A stretch of 51,553 nucleotides of DNA from an uncultured Mycoplasmatota bacterium (GTDB taxonomy: Bacteria; Bacillota_I; Bacilli_A; RF39; UBA660): positions 1 to 51,553 of the forward strand of contig CANPIH010000001.1 of assembly GCA_947574085.1 (NCBI GenBank), in the 5' to 3' direction. The notes beneath the pieces are model-generated. The model did no database searches. It was not told the DNA's origin and saw only the letters and a list, made by a program, of their open reading frames with translations. The position numbers were made by a program, and so were the translations under genes. Positions 9,602 to 17,683 of the stretch are shown here, piece by piece (position 1 is the stretch's first letter; every line of letters begins with the position of its first letter).

Positions 9602-9705
9602 CTATCTATTAAAAGGTGTAACTATATTTAAACTAACTTCATAAGAAACTGTATAATTACTATGGCATATATTCGTTGTATTTCTTACATATTCTTGGTT
9701 AATGA

Positions 9706-9876
9706 CTATGTAGTCATAATATTACTTATACTTGCAATTAAATGTTCATCGTAAGCGCTTTTCTCAAACAGAACTCGATTCGTATCCATATCTATTGCAA
9801 CCATATTTCGTGCTGAAATAGCATTTACTTTAATTGGAAACAACAAAAGCAAAAACAAAAAGAACAATTTTTTCAT
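9706..9876 (-). pseudogene. 5' remnant of a serine-type D-Ala-D-Ala carboxypeptidase (PBP5/DacB-like) gene
   Basis: Hand translation gives MKKLFFLFLLLLFPIKVNAISARNMVAIDMDTNRVLFEKSAYDEHLIASISNIMTT*. This is a signal peptide plus the conserved dac N-terminus (compare ..IDa.sGrvLyeKn......IASITKIMT). The SxxK lysine is Asn (AAT) and a TAG follows 5 codons later. RBS AGGTGA lies upstream. Too short for the ORF track. Confidence 0.6.
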
Positions 9877-9980
9877 ACATTTCACCTAAAAAATTGTATG
9901 AAAAAAAGGACAACTTTAGTCCTTTAGATCAAAAATGTTTACCATGAAATCTTCTTTCTAGACAAATATATAAATATCTA

Positions 9981-10526
9981 TTAATCGTTTGTATAATTAT
10001 AGATTCCATGTATTTTTTCTAAACTTTCCGTACTTACTGGGTTAAGTACCCATTTTCCCTCTTTTTTAACGACTTTAAAGTCAATAGTATATTCTATTGT
10101 TGTAGTATTTTTTTGCATCTGCTCTAGTTTATAATTTAAAAATTTATCCTTATCATAATTTCCATTGTTATCAATAAATTCTTGACGATTATTATTTTTA
10201 TATTCTTCTGTTTCTTTTTGAACTTTATACAAATCATAAACTGTTATTTTAGTTGTTACTATTGCTTCTTCACCATTGTAACTTTCTGAAGAAATTTTAT
10301 AACTTAGATCTTTATATTGTTTATTCATAACCTCTTTGTACCTTTTGCTTTGCTCCTCATTTAAATTTTCTTCTTTTGTGATGTTTTCAAGCTCTGTAAG
10401 TATTTTCTCATCTCGATTATTATACTTATTCAAATATTCCTTTACGGCATCGCTTGCACTTGATTTACTACAAGCACATCCTACTACCATACTTAAAGTA
10501 ATTAAAAATACAATTATTTTTTTCAT
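9981..10526 (-). CDS. Lipoprotein, function unknown
   Basis: MKKIIVFLITLSMVVGCAC has a signal peptide with a lipobox-like VVGC. Confidence 0.65.
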   Translation of the reverse strand: MKKIIVFLITLSMVVGCACSKSSASDAVKEYLNKYNNRDEKILTELENITKEENLNEEQSKRYKEVMNKQYKDLSYKISSESYNGEEAIVTTKITVYDLYKVQKETEEYKNNNRQEFIDNNGNYDKDKFLNYKLEQMQKNTTTIEYTIDFKVVKKEGKWVLNPVSTESLEKIHGIYNYTND

Positions 10527-10608
10527 ACGTTCTTTCTCCTTATTTTTATTTTTAACATTTTTATATAAAATATACTTTTTTATGTTAAAATAAGGAAAAG
10601 GTGATGAA

Positions 10609-11592
10609 ATGAAAAGAATATTAACTGGTTTAAAACCTAGCGGGGAATTAACATTAGGAAGTTTTATTGGAGGAATAAAGCAAAGTGTGGAATACCAAAA
10701 TATTTACGATTCTTTTATCTTTGTTCCAGATTTGCATGCCATAACAGTTCCTCAAGATGCCAATCTTTTGCATGAACGTATTAAAAAAAATGTAGCTTTA
10801 TATCTTGCTTGCGGAATTGATCCAAATAAAAATACTATATATTTACAATCAGAAAATGTTTATCATACTAATCTTTCTTGGATCCTAGAATGCCATACGT
10901 ATATGGGAGAAGCAAGTCGAATGACACAATACAAAGATAAAGCAAGCAAAAAAGAAAATATCAGCGTTGGCTTATTTACCTATCCTATCTTAATGGCAGC
11001 AGATATTCTTTTATACGATGCCGATTTGGTTCCTGTAGGAATTGATCAAAAACAACACGTTGAATTAGCTCGTAATTTAGCAGAAAGATTTAACCATAAA
11101 TATGGAGAAACTTTTGTTGTACCCGAATCACTTATTCCGAAAGTGGGAGCTAAAATTATGGATTTACAAAATCCTACTAAAAAAATGAGTAAATCGGATG
11201 GAGATACAAAAGGAACAATACTATTATTAGATAAAGAAGAAATCATTCGAAAAAAAATTATGTCTGCTGTTACTGATAGTGAAAATAAAGTCTATTATGA
11301 TTTAGAAAACAAGCCAGGAATTTCTAATCTTTTAACCATTTACTCTAGTTTATCAAATCTTTCTATAAAAGAAACTGAAGAAAAATTTAAAGATTCTAAT
11401 TATGGAAATTTAAAAAAAGAAGTTGCTGATCTGGTTACTACAACTTTATTAGAAATTCAAAAAAAATACCAAGAAATTATAAATTCTGGTATAGTTGATA
11501 GGGTTTTAGAAAACGGACATAAAATTGTTTTAAAGATTGCGAAGAAAAAATACGATAGCGTTTTAAAAAAAGTGGGACTCGGTCGTAATTAG
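10609..11592 (+). CDS. trpS: Tryptophan--tRNA ligase
   Basis: Alignable along its full length to Bacillus TrpS as I remember it: GLKPSGELTLGSFIG, HAITVPQD, GIDQKQHVELARNLAERFN, KMSKSD. Confidence 0.95.
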   Translation: MKRILTGLKPSGELTLGSFIGGIKQSVEYQNIYDSFIFVPDLHAITVPQDANLLHERIKKNVALYLACGIDPNKNTIYLQSENVYHTNLSWILECHTYMGEASRMTQYKDKASKKENISVGLFTYPILMAADILLYDADLVPVGIDQKQHVELARNLAERFNHKYGETFVVPESLIPKVGAKIMDLQNPTKKMSKSDGDTKGTILLLDKEEIIRKKIMSAVTDSENKVYYDLENKPGISNLLTIYSSLSNLSIKETEEKFKDSNYGNLKKEVADLVTTTLLEIQKKYQEIINSGIVDRVLENGHKIVLKIAKKKYDSVLKKVGLGRN

Positions 11593-12233
11593 TTTACATT
11601 GTTATAAGACATCTTAATAAAATCATAGATGTTTTTTAATTGTGTATTGTACTCTTTATTTAATGCAATAGTCATATCTTTATAAATCTTTTCAATATCA
11701 GATTGAGTTTTGTTAAACCATTCGTAATACAAATATTTTAACTTACTATAGTTTTTCTCTTTATAAAGAACATCAATTTCACATTTAACAATTTTTTTAA
11801 TTTCCTCTACCTGTCGTAATGAATCTTTTTTGGAATACTTATTCCGTTTTTCATACGTTAAATCATTTTCTTTCATAGTGTAGACTACTTCCATTAAATT
11901 TAAATCATCTCCTGGTAATAATTTACTTCTACTTATAACTACCCCTTCTTTATTTAATTCTAAGGCTATTGCATTTTTAGAATCACTAAGCAACATAGCA
12001 TATTCTATAGTGTTTGAAGACGATTTTAATAAAGTTTTTCCTTTAATTTGCTCTACCAATTCATTCGAAAATTTTACTTGGTATTTAAAAAAATCTTTTA
12101 AATTTTCTGTTTTCACACGAAAAACAGGAATTTTTTTTACAAATTCTATAGTGTCTTTTTCTTCCCACTCGTAAAATTCAAATAAATCTTTGTCATCTCC
12201 GAAATTTAGTAGAACGTCGTAGTAATAATACAT
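11589..12233 (-). CDS. Conserved hypothetical cytoplasmic protein (possibly YqhG/DUF3603-like)
   Basis: Intact 214-aa ORF starting MYYYYDVLLNFGDDKDLFEFYEWEEKD. The family assignment is from memory only. Confidence 0.4.
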   Translation of the reverse strand: MYYYYDVLLNFGDDKDLFEFYEWEEKDTIEFVKKIPVFRVKTENLKDFFKYQVKFSNELVEQIKGKTLLKSSSNTIEYAMLLSDSKNAIALELNKEGVVISRSKLLPGDDLNLMEVVYTMKENDLTYEKRNKYSKKDSLRQVEEIKKIVKCEIDVLYKEKNYSKLKYLYYEWFNKTQSDIEKIYKDMTIALNKEYNTQLKNIYDFIKMSYNNVN

Positions 12234-12429
12234 TTTTTATGCTCCTTTCAAATGAGAATATAAGTACAATAAGACCTAAAATAAACAATAAACACTCTAA
12301 CCTTTTACTAATAAAATTAACAAAAAGAGAAAAACTATACCCCATTGTTAATAGATTCGTATACAAAAGAATAAAAGTAAGACCAATGCTAGCTAAAACA
12401 CTTCCTAATAAAGCTCCTAATAAATTCAT
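12193..12429 (-). CDS. Small two-TM membrane protein
   Basis: Start set at the ATG at 12429 after RBS GGTGGTG. MNLLGALLGSVLASIGLTFILLY... is hydrophobic. Its 3' end overlaps the next gene. Confidence 0.4.
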   Translation of the reverse strand: MNLLGALLGSVLASIGLTFILLYTNLLTMGYSFSLFVNFISKRLECLLFILGLIVLIFSFERSIKNVLLLRRSTKFRR

Positions 12430-12496
12430 TATCACCACCTATTTAATTTTATTTCTTAATTTTAAAATTTATTATATAATTAAGTAAGGTGATAAA

Positions 12497-13306
12497 ATGA
12501 AATACGTAATTTATATATTATTAGGAATTTTACAGGGTTTTACAGAACCTTTACCTATTTCTTCAAGTGGTCATTTATTTTTATTCAAGAACATTTTTAA
12601 TACAGAGATGCTAAATGATCTTAATTTTGAAATATTTGTAAATTTTGGTTCGTTTTTAGCAATTCTTTTTATATTTATTCCTGATATTATAAAATTAATC
12701 AAATCTTTTTTTCTTTTTATTTTTAAAAAAGAAAAAAGAAAAATTGTTAAAAATGATTTTAAATACTGTATGTTAATTCTTGTAGGAAGTATTCCAGTTG
12801 GAATTATGGGAGTTTTATGTAAAGATAAAATAGAAAATGCTTTAAATATTAAACTATTAGGCATAGCATTTTTAATCACAGCCATTTCTTTATTTCTTGT
12901 AAAAAATATTCAAGGTACTAAAGAAGACAAAGACATAACCTATAAAGACGCTATCATCATTGGACTTTTGCAAATGGTTGCCTTATGCCCTGGAATTAGT
13001 CGCAGTGGAATTGTATTGGTTGGTTGTTTACTTTGTAAACTAAAAAAAGAAACTGCACTAAAATACACATTTATGCTTTATTTTCCAGTAAGCGTAGCCT
13101 CTATGGGCCTAAGCGTCTTAGACTTTATAGAAAATCCAGCGAGTACTAACTTATTACCAAATTATGTAATTGGTATGATATTTGCTGGCATTGTCACCTA
13201 TTTTTCTTATCAATGGCTTTCTAATTTAGTAAAAAAAGGAAAATTGTGGAAATTTTCAATTTATTGTTTAGGTTTAGCTCTATTTGTTTTTATTTATTTT
13301 AGATAA
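12497..13306 (+). CDS. uppP: Undecaprenyl-diphosphate phosphatase (BacA/UppP)
   Basis: GFTEPLPISSSGHL signature and a PGISRSG motif in a multi-TM protein. Confidence 0.9.
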   Translation: MKYVIYILLGILQGFTEPLPISSSGHLFLFKNIFNTEMLNDLNFEIFVNFGSFLAILFIFIPDIIKLIKSFFLFIFKKEKRKIVKNDFKYCMLILVGSIPVGIMGVLCKDKIENALNIKLLGIAFLITAISLFLVKNIQGTKEDKDITYKDAIIIGLLQMVALCPGISRSGIVLVGCLLCKLKKETALKYTFMLYFPVSVASMGLSVLDFIENPASTNLLPNYVIGMIFAGIVTYFSYQWLSNLVKKGKLWKFSIYCLGLALFVFIYFR

Positions 13307-13429
13307 TTCAAAGTAAATTATTTTAAATGTCGTTATAAACTCTTTAATTCTAGAATTTTACGGCATTTTTTATTTATATAAATCATCCCCTACGCATAAT
13401 TATCAAAGTAAATATTGTCTATTCTTAAT

Positions 13430-14551
13430 TTAGTTCTCATTATCCTCATTTACTTTCTGTATTAATATTCTATCGTATATTTGTCTTCCATTAATAAGTC
13501 CTCTATGTCTTTGCGTTGGTATGGTTCTTAACTTTTCAACCTCTGGTGTCATATCCCCAGAATGTGTATGTCCAATAATTCTAAATTGTCTTGGACTATG
13601 AAATTTAAGAAATGTTATTGGAACTCCCATAACCTTGTTATAATCAGATGGAATAGCATCATATCTAGGAACTTCTAGTGCATCATAATTATCAAACTTC
13701 GGATATGTATTTAGACCATAATCTTTTTCTAATTTTTTTATTAATGGTTTGTTATATCGTAAATTATCTTGCATAGTCATCAAACTAAGAGTTGTATGTC
13801 GCCTTTTTAAATCAATATTAGTGAACCAACAAATATTGCCCATACTACGCCATTTTTGTCCTTTTTCATCTATCCAAAATCTCGTTTCTCTTGGTTCTAA
13901 ATCTTTTGGTACCTTAAACGCCATATCTCCAGCATTTTTGCCTAACTACATAATTTCGTCTCTAACAAGTGGAAATGTTTCCTTTGTAGTAGCATCATTC
14001 TCATTACCAATTATTATAAATTGCTTTTTTGCTTCTATTAACCACGAAAGAAATTCTCTAAATAATGAAAATGGTGGATTTGTTATTATAATGTCTGATT
14101 CATTTCTTAATTTTTTTACTTCATCAGATCTAAAATCGCCATCGCCTTCAAGATAATCCCATTCCAAATCATATATATCAATTCTTCCAGATTTATTTGT
14201 GTCTCTATCTAAAGTAAATAGTTTTCCATGGGAATTGGTTTTGGTTTTATCATATTTTGAACTTTCCTGCTCAAATAATGATAATTGTTCAAATACTGCA
14301 GTTTTTTTATCGTTAGCATAACTTGTACTTATTAATTTTTTTAAACCAAGTAATAAAAAGTTTTGAGCAAAATATCTTGTAAAATTACTCCATTCTGGGT
14401 CATCACAAGGTAGTAAAACTGTCTTATTTCTAAAAACCTCTGGATTATATTCCAAATAAGCATTCATTTCTCTTTCTATATCTGAATATTCTGTATAAAA
14501 TTCATCATCTTTTTCTTTTTTTGCCCTTTTTAAGCTTTCATTATTTGCCAT
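13430..14551 (-). pseudogene. N6-adenine DNA methyltransferase (EcoRI-methylase-like family) interrupted by one in-frame TAG
   Basis: ORFs 13946..14551 and 13430..13924 are in the same frame, separated by TAG plus 7 sense codons (..VRDEIM*LGKNAGDMAFKVP..). Motifs seen: DEFYTEYSDIE, ITNPPFSLFREF, ICWFTN. No restriction endonuclease gene is nearby. Confidence 0.7.
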
Positions 14552-14648
14552 AATTTACCACCCAAACTATGTATACAAGTATATCATAAAGTCTAAAAAT
14601 TTTGATATATATAATAAAAGATAGATAAAAAAAATAAAGTATTTCACT

Positions 14649-15743
14649 TTAATTTTTATCTTTATTTTCTAATTCATCTACATTTACATTATGAATAGAA
14701 TGAAAACGCTTGGTTATTTTATCAGTAGTAATATTAATTTCTTTTACATCTCTAGTAACAGTATCAATGCTTCGCGATAATTTATCCCAACGTTCTTTAT
14801 AATGAGAAAATTCAAAAGACAATTTATTTAATTCTTCATGAATGACTTTTGCATACTTGTCTCTTTCTATATTTTTTAAAATCATATTTATTGTAGTAAG
14901 TGTACTCATTAATGTAGTTGGACTTGTTATCCAAACCTTCTTATTATAAGCCTCCTTAATTAAATCTGAATGATAGGCATTGATTTCTGCAAAGATGGCT
15001 TCCGCAGGCAAAAAAAGAATTGCTTCACCTGCAGTTTCCCCTGGTACAATATATTTGCTACTAATTGTATCAATGTGTTTTCTTATATCCACTTTAAATT
15101 GTTTCATTGCAATTTCTCTAGCTTCTTTTGACAAAGTTTTATCTGTCATTCTTTGATAATTCTCTAAAGGAAACTTTGAATCTATACAAATTGTTCCTAA
15201 AGGACTTGGTGCATAAAGTATAGCATCCGCTATAAAACCATTACTTAATTTATGTTGTGTCTCGTAGATTCCTATAGAATGTTCTCCAAAAACACTTGTT
15301 AAAATATAATTTAAATTTACTTCTCCAAATATTCCCCTAGTTTTTTTGTCCGTTAATACGCTTTGTAAAGAAACAATTTCTGTAGACAACCCATCAATTT
15401 TTTTCTGAGCTTCGTCAATTTTGGTAAGTCTCTCTAAAATGTTAGTAAAAGTTTTATTAGACTTTTGAAAATTGTCATCTAGTCTTTCATTTACTTTTTC
15501 ATTCATACGTTCTATTTTTTGTTGCATAAGTTCACTTAAATGTTCAAAGTCTTTTCGCAAATCATTAGAAAATCCAAATTTAAACTCTCCAATTTCTTTT
15601 GTTATATTTGTTTCAAATCGTCCCAATCTTTCTAGTGTATTGTCTTCTTTTCCTTTTAAAAGTAAAAGAACTAATAATAAAACAATCAACAATAATATTC
15701 CTAACACTACATACTCCATATACTTCTCACTAATCCAATCCAA
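14649..15743 (-). CDS. rmuC: DNA recombination protein RmuC
   Basis: N-terminal TM, a coiled-coil region, then a C-terminal region with KTRGIFGEVNLNYIL and FLPAEAIFAE, typical of the RmuC family. Confidence 0.8.
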   Translation of the reverse strand: MDWISEKYMEYVVLGILLLIVLLLVLLLLKGKEDNTLERLGRFETNITKEIGEFKFGFSNDLRKDFEHLSELMQQKIERMNEKVNERLDDNFQKSNKTFTNILERLTKIDEAQKKIDGLSTEIVSLQSVLTDKKTRGIFGEVNLNYILTSVFGEHSIGIYETQHKLSNGFIADAILYAPSPLGTICIDSKFPLENYQRMTDKTLSKEAREIAMKQFKVDIRKHIDTISSKYIVPGETAGEAILFLPAEAIFAEINAYHSDLIKEAYNKKVWITSPTTLMSTLTTINMILKNIERDKYAKVIHEELNKLSFEFSHYKERWDKLSRSIDTVTRDVKEINITTDKITKRFHSIHNVNVDELENKDKN

Positions 15744-16311
15744 ATTTTTTATTAATAATTTTACTCAAAACAAATGCAATCAACAATAAAATAGCAACCT
15801 TTAAAAAAGCAATAGGATGAGAGAAACTCTGCACTAAACTTGTTCCAACAAATCCCCAAAACAAAACCAAAAATATTTTTCCAATACACAAAGCTATAAA
15901 AAACTTTTTAAAAGGCATCTTTGAAAGCCCCGCTGCAATATTTACCAAAAAAGCAGGAGTAAATGGAACCGCAATAATAGTAGTTAATTGTTCAAATTTT
16001 ACCTTATTGACGACCATCATAATTTTTTGAAATCTTTTTTTATCTTTTGTTTTTTTATCAAACCAGTTTTTTATTTTTTTACGAAATAAGAAAAAAGACA
16101 ACATACAACCCAAAACTGTAAAAATCCATGAAAGAAAAAAACCTATAATACTTCCAAAAACCAAAAAGTTAATTGTAATAAACACAAACAATGGAAGAAT
16201 TGGCAAAATAGATTCTATTACAATAAAAAAACAGCCAAGAATTGGTCCATATATGCCAATATGTAATAAAAACTCATTAATCAATTTATCCATATTTCCA
16301 ATTATCTCCAT
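15730..16311 (-). CDS. TVP38/TMEM64 (DedA-related) family membrane protein
   Basis: Multi-TM 193-aa protein containing FLVFGSIIGFFLSWIFTVLGCMLSFFLFRK. Confidence 0.65.
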   Translation of the reverse strand: MEIIGNMDKLINEFLLHIGIYGPILGCFFIVIESILPILPLFVFITINFLVFGSIIGFFLSWIFTVLGCMLSFFLFRKKIKNWFDKKTKDKKRFQKIMMVVNKVKFEQLTTIIAVPFTPAFLVNIAAGLSKMPFKKFFIALCIGKIFLVLFWGFVGTSLVQSFSHPIAFLKVAILLLIAFVLSKIINKKFGLD

Positions 16312-16377
16312 AGCACATCACTTTTATTATTATACCACAGGAAAAAGAATTTATAGCTTTGAAAAGTAAACACCAAA

Positions 16378-17217
16378 TTAATTTTGCCTTTCTAAATATT
16401 TAATTCGCTTTCTTTTTAACTCTTCCTTTTTTGCAATAGACTCTTCTTGAAGAGGCATTTTATCAATCAAAGCATGATTTAATAACCACAAATCATCCAA
16501 AATTCTTGCAATTTCAATTTCTTTAACTAAATCTGAATCTCTAATTTCAATACAAACCATTGCATTACAATAAATAAACAAGTTGTTTGATTTGTATTCA
16601 TAATAAGGATTATTTTTTAGATTGGAATTAATAAAATAACGAATAATAGTACAAATTAGCCATAAATCGCTTTGATCTATTCTTTTGTCTACTTTCATAT
16701 AATAATAGCTTAATTGCTTTTTAATACAAAAAGAATCATCACGTAAACTATTTAAATTATATTGTATAGAACTTCGTTTATGATCTGAAGAACGCAAAAC
16801 CAGCTTCTCGATCATGTGTTTTTCAATTGGCAAAATAGCGTATTCATAGAAATCATGCATTTTGATAGACTTTATTGTTTGCTCTAACTTAGACATTTCA
16901 TCAAGAGAATTTTGGGAAAAAAATATATTTAATTTTTCCTCTTCATTATTTTGCAATTTTAAGCCTGTATATTCTACTCCATTCTTTGTTTTTTTAAATG
17001 TATCCGAACAAATAAAAGTTAATTGCTTATTCTGCAAAAAGTGAAAAAAAATAGCTTCGTAAATTTCTTTAGTTGTTTCTTTATACTTTTTCTTAAGAAA
17101 CTTTTGTTTTATTCCATTTGAAGTGACTATAAAAAAACGATAATAAAGATAATTCTGTTGAATCAATTTATTTCCAGAATGTTTTCCTACAAGTACAATC
17201 ATTTCTTTTTTTAACAA
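16378..17217 (-). CDS. Hypothetical protein
   Basis: Intact 279-aa ORF. No HUH, Walker or other motif recognised. Confidence 0.45.
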   Translation of the reverse strand: MLKKEMIVLVGKHSGNKLIQQNYLYYRFFIVTSNGIKQKFLKKKYKETTKEIYEAIFFHFLQNKQLTFICSDTFKKTKNGVEYTGLKLQNNEEEKLNIFFSQNSLDEMSKLEQTIKSIKMHDFYEYAILPIEKHMIEKLVLRSSDHKRSSIQYNLNSLRDDSFCIKKQLSYYYMKVDKRIDQSDLWLICTIIRYFINSNLKNNPYYEYKSNNLFIYCNAMVCIEIRDSDLVKEIEIARILDDLWLLNHALIDKMPLQEESIAKKEELKRKRIKYLERQN

Positions 17218-17294
17218 AATAAAAACCTCCTATTGTATAATGTATTTTTATTTTATACTATTTTTATCTATACGTCAATTTAGGAGATTTTAAA

Positions 17295-17582
17295 TTAATT
17301 TGGCAAAGTTTCACTATTTTTCATTACTTGAGTAACATCATACCCGTAAAATTCTAAAATACTTACTACTTTACGACTATGAATTCCTTTTAAACACATA
17401 ATATAATATTTTTTTTCCTTATTTAATATCTCTTTGTAATGCAATAACAATTTTTCATAAGGTATATTTACACTTCCTGGATAAGGATTTTGTTTATAAC
17501 TAATTTCATCCGATACATCAATTAAAGTTCCCATATCTTTGTTATAAACATTCAAATCTATTCTTTTCATTTGCTTCACCAC
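17295..17582 (-). CDS. Single-domain rhodanese-like protein
   Basis: 95 aa with a candidate active-site loop YIMCLKGIHSRKV. Confidence 0.6.
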   Translation of the reverse strand: MVKQMKRIDLNVYNKDMGTLIDVSDEISYKQNPYPGSVNIPYEKLLLHYKEILNKEKKYYIMCLKGIHSRKVVSILEFYGYDVTQVMKNSETLPN

Positions 17583-17683
17583 TATATTATATGAAAGAAA
17601 ATAAAAAAAACAGAGGATGAAAAACCCGTTTGCTAAATTAAATAAAAAAAAACAAACATTTTGGTTTGCTTTTTTTTATTTTT

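Larger units (their letters stand above)
1..9705. mobile_element. Probable integrated plasmid/phage-like element, right-hand part only (left end outside the window)
   Basis: Contains a replication-initiator-like gene and cargo of unknown function. It abuts a 5'-only stub of a dac-type gene at 9706..9876. A 7-bp-arm palindrome (9702-9717) sits at the junction. No integrase is seen in the window. Confidence 0.35.

Noticed and set aside
10527-10608. Looked for a T-box or other leader upstream of trpS
   Set aside because: The intergenic region is only about 80 nt and has no T-box motif. Only tyrS has a T-box leader (49305-49545).
16378-17217. 279-aa hypothetical protein next to virD4, considered as a candidate relaxase or regulator
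   Set aside because: No HUH/Tyr relaxase motifs, HTH signature or nucleotide-binding motif is visible. It remains hypothetical, and a profile search is needed before assigning any role.
17583-17683. Possible att-like direct repeats flanking the Tad/T4SS array (TTTGCT..TAAATAAA and AAACAAACA occur both here and at 43140-43200)
   Set aside because: The matches are short, interrupted and made of A/T-rich low-complexity sequence, so they are expected by chance. With no integrase nearby, I do not treat them as element ends.
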